Shown here piece by piece: positions 53,914 to 64,000 of a DNA stretch of 64,000 nucleotides. The stretch is from Paramecium tetraurelia. Taxonomy: Eukaryota. The stretch is taken from contig CT868003.1 of the NCBI GenBank assembly GCA_000165425.1, forward strand, positions 186,001 to 250,000, in the 5' to 3' direction. Each line of letters opens with the position of its first letter. Position 1 is the first letter of the stretch. The position numbers and the translations under genes are program-made. The notes below the pieces were generated by a model. That model searched no databases and was not told the origin of the DNA. It was given only the letters and a program-made list of their open reading frames with translations.

Positions 53914-54120
53914 AAAATAATTTATTGCATATACTAATTTAATTGCTCACATATATTAATTAATCCTGTTAATTTAAATTTTTAAATATTAGTGAAATAA
54001 ATATAGATCAATGAAGATAGTCTAACTGCAACGAATTAATTTTTTAGCATATTTGTAGGAATTATTTTTTTGTTAGATTTGTTGGTTTTTCTTCCACCAC
54101 TAATTTTAGTTTGAATTAAT

Positions 54121-55768
54121 TCAATTAGAATATGGATGTATCAAAATTTTTGGCAACATGTTTACAGATCTCTAAGTATACGACCAAATATGTTAAGAGC
54201 AATATGCCACCTTCTTCTACTCCACCCAATTAATCATAATCCTTTACATTTATCAATTTGAAGTTCAATTAATTCTATAACAAAATAATTGAGTTTCTTA
54301 TTAGAGGAAGCATTAGAATGTAATAACTTTCAACTTCCAATTCACTTTAGTCAAAGGCAGCTGCAAATTTCTTATCTTTAAGGATTTCATTTAATAGAAT
54401 TTCATCCCTATGAATTGAGTCCCACTAAATGATAAATGAAGCTGCTTACCAATTTGTTAAATGAAGTTCTAAATGTCTCATTCATAAGATTGCTTTGAAC
54501 TATAAATTCACTCTTCTTTGTCTAATCAATAGTAGAATGATTCTTGTTCAAAATAAAAATGAGTTATTTTGATTTAAAAATAGCATGTTTGATAGTAATG
54601 TATAATACTTTCTCTTTCAATCCTCCTTCAAGAAAGAAGTCAAAATGATCAACAATTTTAGCTATTCTTAAAATCAATTTAAGTAAATTTAGAATGTTGT
54701 TTACAGCATCTCCATAATTTACTAATTCCTATCTTGTCTCTAGGAGATTCTTATTGCTTTAAATTCGTTAAACAGAAGGGTTAGGACGTTATTAAGAATA
54801 ACTGGTTTTTGCTCTGTTTTCAGGATTTGCTAATTGGGAATTATTAAAGGAAAATTAAACTGACTTTCTGGATGGCCTAACTTAAAAGTATCTGAATAAA
54901 TCATGTTCCAATAATTGATTACAATTGTATCTCTTGTTCTCTTCCAATTATAAACATTTGATGATGAGATCTTTCGCTACTGATGAAATCTATATATTTC
55001 TTGAGAATTAAATTGGAGTCGTTGTGATTACCTTAACAAATTCCTATTCTGTGCCTGCTTACCAAGGTACCTTTCCTAAGAAATGTAGAATATCAATACC
55101 ATTCAAAATTTAATAGAACATTACTCCTAAACTCCAAATGTCGCTCTTCTCTGAATATTTATTTTCAGTCAAAGCCTAAGGAGGCATATAAAGAGTGGTG
55201 CCAACATTATAATATACCTTTTCTTTTGGAGAATTTATCATTTTAGAAAACCCGTAATCAGCAATCTTATAAATCCTTTCCTTTATCAAAATATTCGATG
55301 GTTTGAGATCTCTGTGAATTACACCCTTTGAAATTTGCTCTTTGAATCCTGTCAAAATCTGATAAAATATTAAGACTGCTTCATTCTCAGGGATATGTCC
55401 TCTTTTTATGATCAGATCTGCTAAATCACCTTTATAAATAAACAATGTGTTATACCCTAATTGCAGTATTCAGTTATGATATATGTGAAATTAGTGTTTT
55501 GACAGTAACAAAGCATTTTAACAATATTGATTGAATCTAAAACCTGTAAAGCTGTTATTTCCTGCTGTAATAACTGTCTCTCAATTTCATGCTGCATTTT
55601 AGAGTGCTCACATACCTTAACTTTAGTGAATAACCATACTTTTATAGCAACGATCTCTCCATTCATATCATTTTGCCCTTTGTAAACTTAGCTCTTGTAT
55701 CCTGATCCAATCAAATCATCTGGATTATAACTGTAAACACTAACTTTTATCCGCTTTTGATTGTTCAT
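54121..55768 (-). CDS. Ser/Thr protein kinase (ULK-like, DYG variant) with helical tail
   Basis: IGSGYKSQV, VAIK, HRDLKPSN, ADYG, VGTTLYMPPQ, DIWSLG; several ~25-nt introns. Confidence 0.88.
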
Positions 55769-55939
55769 ATTTTTATAATTAATTTCTTTATTTTTATTGC
55801 CCTTCGGTAAATTAATCAATTTAAATGCTTAGTTGATAAAACTAAACAATTTATTAATTACGTTTTATCAGTATTTATTTAAAAAATGTTAAGGAAATCC
55901 TTTATTAGAGTCTTGCTAAATTAAAACTTAGATTCAATA

Positions 55940-56720
55940 TGTGAATAAATGGTTTTTCTTTAAAATCAAGTGATGCTTTAAGATGTTAATTGAAATAAGA
56001 GAATTCATTATATGAATACTCCTAAGAACAGTTAATGTTTAATACTATAAATATTGTAAATTCTTATCATGAATTCTCACTCCATTCGCATGAAAAGGGA
56101 GTAAATATCCAAAATAGTTTTATATATTGATTGAATATCACTAAAATTTAAATATATTTGCGACTCAATAAAGATTCATAAGGTCAATGGAAAGACTAAG
56201 CTTCCAAAAATAATATCATTTTTCGACAACCTTTGCACAATAAAATTGATTAGAAACGTAAGGATGTTTGGGGAATAATAAACTTTTTTGGATACTCAAT
56301 TTAGATAAAATAGTTGGAACATAATTCAAATTTCATAATTAAGGGACAATCTAAATGTACTTTTGATAGTAAAATGTTTGAGACTAATAATTTGTTGAAA
56401 ATCATAAATAAAAATGGGTAAATTTTATCCTCAAGGGAAAAGAAATCCTAATTTTTTCAAAGTTTAGATTAAATCCTTTCAAAATATGGATATTACCAGA
56501 GAGACCTCAAGCCATATAATATTTTATTAAGAAATAATGAGGATCCACATTTTTATTAACTGAATTCTATAGATAGGATGAAAATTATTTATTTCTTAAT
56601 CAGGAAACAGTGATTATCATGGTCCTGAAAAGATTACTATTGAATATTATAATTAAAAGGTGCTATTTCGTTAATAAGGAATGCAAATCTTTTGAAATAT
56701 GCACTTTTTTCAGTGATTGT
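55940..56720 (+). pseudogene. Decayed protein-kinase relic
   Basis: KYGYYQRDLKPYNILLRN matches the catalytic loop of the downstream paralogs. There is no Gly-loop or DFG, and in-frame TGAs occur at ~56128 and ~56611. Boundaries are approximate. Confidence 0.55.
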
Positions 56721-56920
56721 GAGAAATTGATATATTAAATAAAAGGATTAATCTTGTTAGAGGATCTTGATACATTAAAGTCAAGTTTGGTATGTCAGAA
56801 TGTCAAAGTGTTATTCGATTAGTGACTTTAAAAATTATTTTAAAATCTAAATTGTTCTATATGTATAGCTTAAATACCTTTTCTAATAAGTTTGAGATAA
56901 TAAATTAGTATATTTAAAAA

Positions 56921-58440
56921 ATGAAATCTCCCTCAAAAGATTTTGCTTCAACATAAATTGATGAAAAGATGAGTTCCTGTTGGTAATTCAAAAACATTTC
57001 CAATTTGCCTCTAACCATCAGTTTTGATAGATTCAATGTGTTTTCTGAAAAGAAAAAAACGTTCAAAGAGATAGAGATAGCGAAGATGAAGAATTTAATC
57101 TTTAAGAAAAAGAAAAATCAAGTAATAAGGAAATTTTGATTTTAGACTGGATTTTTGATTGTCGATATAACAGATTGTATCATTTCAATAGTTGAAAATA
57201 ATCATATTGGACATGGTCTTCAATTTACGAAGGCAAGTTTTTAGTTTCTGATATTCGGGTCTCATATTCTTGATTGGTTTGAATCATTAAAAAAATATTG
57301 CTATTAAACAGAATTTAGTAACAAGTATGAGTTATTGAATTTAATCAACAGAGGATCGTTATACAAAGTATCAAATAATAATAAATCAAGTTATACGATG
57401 CAATTAATATTTACGAATAAACTAATTATACTGTAAAAGTATATGAAAAATAATTATTAACAAAATAATCAGATATTGATGCCATCAAAAAAGAAATTTC
57501 TATCTTTAGATTGATGAATCATCCTGGAGTAGTAAATTTGATAGAAGTGTTTGAGAATGAATAAGGATTCCTCATAGTATATGATTCCTTTGAAGGAGGC
57601 ACTCTAAGTGATATGATAAAAAAATATCAAATTCCAGAATAATAGGCTATTAAGATAATTTTTCGATTGCTAGACTCTCTAAGTTATATTCATGAATAGA
57701 GTGTCCTACATAGAAACTTGAAGCCTGAAAACATTTTAGTAAAGAATGTTTTGGCTCCAAATAATGTTTAAATTAGTGATTTTAGTCTTTCTGATTTCTT
57801 TAGGAGGGATAATAAATACCTCTTTACTCGTTGTGGTACACCTGGGTATGTTGCTCCAGAAATTCTACAAGATAAAAGTTATGATTTTAAAGTTGACGTC
57901 TATAGTTTAGGGGTCATTCTCTATACCATGCTATCAGGAGGTGCTTCTCCCTTTCCAACAAAAAGCTATGATGAAAGGATTTTTCTCAATTACAATGGCC
58001 AAATCGATTTTTCAATTATTGATGCCTCATCTGATGCTCTTGATTTATTAAAGTAGATGCTTGAAATCAATCCACAGAAAAGGATCAATTCATTTAAAGC
58101 AATTTGGCATCCTGTATTCAAAGGTTTACATAAACTGAAGATTACTAGCTTAGATTAAGAGAGAAGAAATTCCTCGATTAAATTGACTATTAAATAAAGT
58201 CTGCCTCCTAAGACTCTTGAGAATCTAAAATTAATCCCTTGTCCCATTAACATATTGCCTCCTGCTTCATTATAATTTTAGAGAAGACAAAAGTTTAGAA
58301 TTGCTATGAAAAATAACCGCCAGAGTCTAAGTAAAGCTTCATCTCCATTTATGTCTCCAGGAAGAACTCTATTTACAACGCAATCTCAGAAACCACTCTT
58401 TTAAAATTTATTTGAAAAGGAAACTACATAAATTTATTGA
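56921..58440 (+). CDS. PH-like domain + CAMK-group pseudokinase
   Basis: PH-like helix [11 protein letters not shown]; degenerate Gly-loop [11 protein letters not shown] instead of HRD; DFS instead of DFG; intact [10 protein letters not shown] and DVYSLG. Confidence 0.85.
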
Positions 58441-58712
58441 GTATATTTTGTTGTATAAGATTAAAAAATTTATTGATAGATAATTTTAATATTCGTTTCT
58501 AAATCCAAAAAAAAGGCTTAAATTTTTAACGATTAATAAAATACTTCATTTGAACCATTTAGACCGTTGATTCATGTTCATTTTATATTGAATTTAACAT
58601 TATAAGATTTATATTTTGATCTTTTTTATATTAGAAACATACTTGAATTTGATAAATCAATTATATTTATGTTGAAAGTATAAACTAGAAATTCCATTAA
58701 TAATTTTACCAT

Positions 58713-60244
58713 ATGAAATCTCACATTTTACTTAATTGCTAGTCGATACTTTTTGAAACAGATTAACATTTCTGGAAAAAAATAGATGAAAATATTAAAA
58801 TCGATGAATTTACAAAAGAAGAGCTTTACTATTATTCCAAGAAACACAGAGAATATAAATAAAAGACCTTTGGCAGAAAGGGTTCGATTATAGTGAAATT
58901 CGGTAACAAAGAAGTATATTTTTTATTTTAAAGTAGAATGATATAATGTATTGTAATGTGGCAGACTCTTTAATGGAATAAACTAATCATCAAAAATTCG
59001 GGTATGGACTCAAGTTCATCTAAAATACTTATCATATTGAGGTTTTCGGTTAAATTCAATAATGGAATCAAGAACTAAAAAAGTATTGTATTCAGACCAA
59101 TCTTAAATCCAAATATACAATAGGGAAAAAACTTGGAACAGGAAGTTTTGCAGATGTATTTATCTTATTTTAACCTTAGGTTTATCTTATCATTCATAAT
59201 GTGAGTAAGTAAGAGTTCGCTGTCAAAATATTTGATAAGACTTCTAGTAAATTTGATTTAACTTGCATAAAATAAGAATTGCATATTTTGCGATAAATGG
59301 ATCATCCAAATACAAGTCATATCATAGAAGCATATGAATCTTCAAAATACTTATATTTAATACAAGAATTTTACAAATATGGAAGTCTTTACGATTATCT
59401 CTTAAAAACTGAAATTCCAGAAGATGATGCCATAAAAACTACATATAAGTTGTTAGAAGCATTAATTAGTATTCATTCGAAAGGAATATTGCATAGAGAC
59501 ATCAAACCTGAAAATATTTTACTTCGCAAACCCAATCTCGAGGATATTGTTATCTCAGATTTTGGATTGGCTGTCTATTATAATGATAATGGCAGGTATA
59601 AGCATTAAAGGGCTGGTACACCTGGCAATATTGCTCCAGAAATTCTGAAGGATTAAAATTATGATTATAAAGTTGATGTTTATGGATTAGGGATGGTACT
59701 TTATTAGATGTTAACATCTAAGTAATCTCCTTTCTACAATAAAAACTATCAAAAGATGCTGTCTGAAAATCAAGAAGGCTACATAGATTATTCGTAAATA
59801 AAAGCCTCATCTCAAACTATTAATTTACTTACTAAGATGCTTGACCCTGATCCTTTGACAAGATATACAGCATAATAAGCTAAGCAGGATTAGGCATTTA
59901 AAAAGTATAATAGACAGACGATTATAATCAAAAGAAAGAAATATAACAAAGATCAAACTGTCTCAAGTTTTAGCCCAAGAAGCAATTCTATTTATTTTAG
60001 TCCTTCCCAATAACGAACTCCTCCTCTAAATGTCTCAAGCCCAGTGAATAATTCTCAATTCAATAGAAGAATACTGGGGCTCCCTTTAAGATTAAAACAT
60101 GAGGATAGGAGATAGTTTTTTTCACCTAATTCCAATATAAATAGTGGGACCTTTTGTAATTTGTCGAAAAATAATTATAAAATATCAACTAACTTAACCA
60201 GAAATAGTATTTATTATGGAATGATTTCTCAAAAGGCTTCATGA
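58713..60244 (+). CDS. PH-like domain + CAMK-group Ser/Thr kinase (catalytically intact tandem paralog)
   Basis: GTGSFADV, FAVK, HRDIKPEN, DFG, AGTPGNIAPE; same architecture and first-intron position as 56921-58440. Confidence 0.9.
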
Positions 60245-61355
60245 ATGAATTCGAAATAATATGATTATTTAATTTTAGTTGTTTATTATTCGAAATTTTT
60301 CATTATAACAAAATATTTATTGATTGCAGCTTCTTGATTTAGGGGGTCAAAATAAATTGTTTAATCCTATAAATAATCAAGTTTAGAAAAAAAAAAATAG
60401 GGATATTTTGATTCGTAAAATCCAAAAAATTAAGAAGGAACAATAAATGTTATTTTAAGTGATCATAATCTATAGATGACCTAGTTTCTATCATTTATTA
60501 AGTTTACAATTAAAATTAAAGATTTCTGCCCAACTTTAAGGAGAAGGTAGGTTTTTCAATGGAGGATTAAAATTATATTTATTTATAATGCTATGGGATG
60601 ATTGAAATATTATATATTCTTTCTGGATGCTGTAAAATAGATATTCTAAATAGTGATCTAAATTAACAATTTATGTAATTAAAGAAATTACATTAATTAT
60701 CATCCTCCAATTTTGCTGTATTAAAAATTACATTAAAGATAATTTTAATATTTCTCTACTGCATTCATTGTTAAAGCTTGAAGATAGAGATTCATAAATT
60801 AATTATAGTTATTCTAATGTGATTTTAAGAAAAGCATATCATGAATCATTACTTGTTTATTCAGGGATTATTTTTTAAATCATAATATGCATTAAGAATG
60901 GAGATAAAAATATAGAATTATAAAATAACTTTAATTAGAGAGGAAAAGAAATGGATTGATAAATAGAAATGAGGATAATACAGAGTAAGGCCTTGTTATT
61001 AATTTGTGTTTGATAGCCCTTTGAATTTGAAGCAAAAAACAAACTATTTTTTAAGTAATGATATTTTGTTAATTAAATATAGAGATTTCTTTAGTGTGTT
61101 ATATTTGCAACATTAATTCTTTATATTTGTGGCCAATTTATCAAAATTATTATCTGAATTGAGTATATTTTTATAGAGATGGAGGATTTTTGATTTTAAT
61201 TATTGGTGATAATTAAATGAGTTTGAATGATATTTTATATGGGTTAATGGTCTTATTTATGTGCAAAGCGAAGTGAGGCATTATTATTTATTATTGATGT
61301 ATTTATATAAATTAGAGATTAAAATTGTTCTAGAGAATTTTCATAATTATTTGAG

Positions 61356-61911
61356 ATGATTTTAAGAATAAGAAATATTTATAGGTTTTGTAGCAACAAC
61401 AACTCAAATTATCATAAGATTGTTGGCTCATTGCCAGGATAGAACAACAAAGACATAAAGGAGAATTTAGAAAAGTTTTCAAGAATTTATTAAAAAGTTG
61501 ATTTTAAACAATTGCAGAGAGAATAGATTGATGAATAACAAAAGAAATTTATGTTGCAGAATTAAGAGGCATATCAATTTGGTGAATCGATTCAAGTTGG
61601 TGAAAAGGTAATCAATCTTTATATGCGAGGGGAAAATTGGATAGAGCAACTATTTGAAATTGATGGGTGTATTTTTTTTGGGGATGTTCATATATTTGGG
61701 GAAAGAAACTTATAAATTCTTTACGAACCCTAGAAATGTATTGCTATATGATGAGAGCACTGGAAAAACATACTACACTACTAAGGAAGAATTCGAGAAA
61801 ATTAAGGCTGAGTAGAAAAGAAATAAGGAATTCAAAGAGTTCAGGTTTAAGGTGTTGTCCAAGCAACAAGATCAGAGGGAGTAAAAAGGAAGCACAGATT
61901 CATTATTTTGA
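61356..61911 (+). CDS. Small single-TM protein, probably mitochondrial
   Basis: Presequence-like MILRIRNIYRFCS, a 22-nt intron (61609-61630) that restores the frame, TM LMGVFFLGMFIYLG, TGA at 61909-61911. Confidence 0.6.
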
Positions 61912-62132
61912 TAATTATATAACACAATTAATTATTCTTGTGGAATCATCCCTTAAATTAATTGAAAAAGGTCATTTGATTTAGAAAGAGAGTTGAATCA
62001 GAATTTGATTGGATTTCTTAATTGCTTGCGTCATATTGAAAGTGTTTTATTTATCGAATTAATACTATATATAAATGAGCTATTCATTCTGCAAAATAAT
62101 CATAAATAAAAATCTCTATTTTGGAGGATTTG

Positions 62133-64000
62133 ATGCAATTCACTTTGAAATTGGCATTTATTTTAGCATATCTGCAAGAGACTTTATCTTAGACATGCAG
62201 AGTAAGCATTATTATATGGTTAGCTTTAAAATACAGAATACAATTTGTTGACGATTGTGAATGGAGAGACCTTCCGCTTGCCACTGAATGACTATTTCAT
62301 TGGTGATGGACTCTCATACACCATTCAGCCTCAAAATTCCCCATTTGCTGAGAAAACAGTAGCACAAGGACAGGAATCTATAAAAGAAACAATAATTTCT
62401 ACAACATCCTCGTACCTTAACAATAATCCAAACACTTAAGGATCAAATTATTACGCACTTGCTCAATTGACAGGGGGTGGATATTACATATTATCATAAT
62501 TCCAAACCGGAGCCCCATATATTTAGAAGAATTACAATCACAATTTTGGATATATCGCTCCAGGACCAACTTGCTTTTCAATTAATTTCATTTAAAATGA
62601 AATTATGATAACATGCTCAGCTTAAGGAACCAATCAATTGACATACTTATTCTACACTATCGATTAAAATCCCCCTTAATTGTTATTATAGAGTTAGACA
62701 ATCAATTCCAACACCATTCAAGCTGGAGCTTATGTAACGACTTAAGCTGTGGGATAATATATAGTCACTTTAATAAATACTGGCACATATAAAACCGGAA
62801 CCTATTTTTCAACATACTCAGAACTCTATGTATTCCAATTGAGTTTGGATACTCCTTAATAATTCAATTTCAACCAAATACAAATCCCAAGTCCACTTGT
62901 TGGCACTGACTACTATACAGGTATTTCCTTACAAGAAAATGGCATTCGTAATTATTATCATATATCTTAGTTTTCATTACTACTTATTAAAGTGGATTAG
63001 CATACTTGAATTTAAACACTGTGCCAAACTAACTCCAATTTTTCAATCCATTTAGCCAAGGTACTTTGGGAGTAAGTTCCTATAGTGTGGATTACTCATC
63101 AAGCTTCTTTTATTTAGCAATTTGGAACGCCGAGGGTATAGTGGCAGGTGTCTATAATTCAGCAAGTTAAGTACCGGTAATAAACTTAATATATAGTGTA
63201 GTTTAAAACAGCTTAAGTGATTCAAACTAATCAAATCACCCAAACTTAAATGTTTGCAACTCAAGTTTTTATGAATCCTAGATTCCTTGTTGCAGTGAAC
63301 TCTAATGGTATTAGTGTCTATCCAAGCATCTTAAATGACATTAATAATTGGTAATTGCTCTATTATATCCCTTCAAATGTATTATCTAGCGCTTTCGATT
63401 ATTACAATAATATCTTAGTAACTGTTGCAGGCTAGAATGTTATCACTTATTAATTTAATAACCCAATTGTCACAACCTCAAATTTGGCTACTTCTGCAGG
63501 CATTTAAAATTTCACAATCACTGCAACTCCTTCTATGTTCGGAGGAGCAAAAACCAGTCAGCCATGTAGTTTGATTTTATACTACAATGTCACATCGCCC
63601 ATTTAGACAGTTGACATATTTTAGGCATATCAAGTGAATAGTGCAAAGGAGACATTCGTTCAATGGGGTCCCCTATTTAATTTATATTTGGGCTCAATTT
63701 AAACAGTAAACATAAATAAAATGTTAATTGGACCAGCTATTATTGCAGGATTCCCAACTACCAATGCAGCCTACTCTAATATTGATATTCAATTCTCAAA
63801 TGTTCTTTCAACTCCTTCATTAAACAGTCCCTACAGAATTAACTCCAACCTAATAGTTGGATAAAAAATCTTGTACTCACAAATGTTTTATGATGCCTCC
63901 TACATAGTTAATGATAAATTAGGAGAATAATTCAAGGACACTTACCTTTAATTGGTTCAAGTCTCCAATTATATTGTATTGTTCTAATGCTAAGGTTTTG
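62133..64000 (+). CDS. Large secreted/surface beta-rich protein, 3'-partial
   Basis: Signal peptide MQFTLKLAFILAYLQETLS, a 23-nt intron, an LPLNDYFIGDGLSYTI Ig/cadherin-like strand, and a Thr/Asn/Gln-rich frame open to the window end. Confidence 0.65.

Noticed and set aside
1519..63264. Many ORF-track entries (e.g. 1661-1906+, 3064-3324+, 15317-15553-, 30348-30716+, 45215-45460+, 48332-48541+, 63052-63264-)
   Set aside because: They are antisense or off-frame shadows of real genes, produced by standard-code translation, and carry no motifs.
1..64000. CRISPR arrays, tRNA/rRNA, transposases, telomeric G4T2/G3T3 repeats, retained IESs
   Set aside because: None recognised by eye. TA-bounded IES-like strings are too common in AT-rich DNA to call without germline comparison, and small ncRNAs cannot be excluded without a covariance-model search.

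Overview
This is AT-rich, gene-dense eukaryotic DNA with the hallmarks of a ciliate macronuclear chromosome, most likely Paramecium. TAA/TAG occur in frame inside conserved domains and read as Gln, only TGA stops, introns are tiny (about 20-30 nt, GT..AG), and intergenic gaps are often under 200 nt. The supplied standard-code ORF track therefore fragments real genes and lists many antisense artefacts. Hand translation with the ciliate code gives about 32 genes, one of them a probable kinase relic. They include an MFS transporter, MAM33/p32, ankyrin proteins, a degenerate CNBD channel, a ~3000 aa surface protein, LCAT/PLA2, a divergent Rab, several kinases (one a pseudokinase), tandem GSTs and tandem PAP2 phosphatases. 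Also present are FAM135, an ePHD protein, SQOR, TMEM104, a mitochondrial carrier, a Cache-domain membrane sensor and a hybrid histidine kinase. The most striking item is a TM-dCache-TM protein with bacterial-chemoreceptor topology, a near-complete amino-acid-binding motif and no output domain, lying one gene away from the hybrid His kinase. No RNA genes, transposons, CRISPR arrays or telomeric repeats were seen. Coordinates are hand-derived and some ends or splice sites may be a few nt off; no database searches were run.
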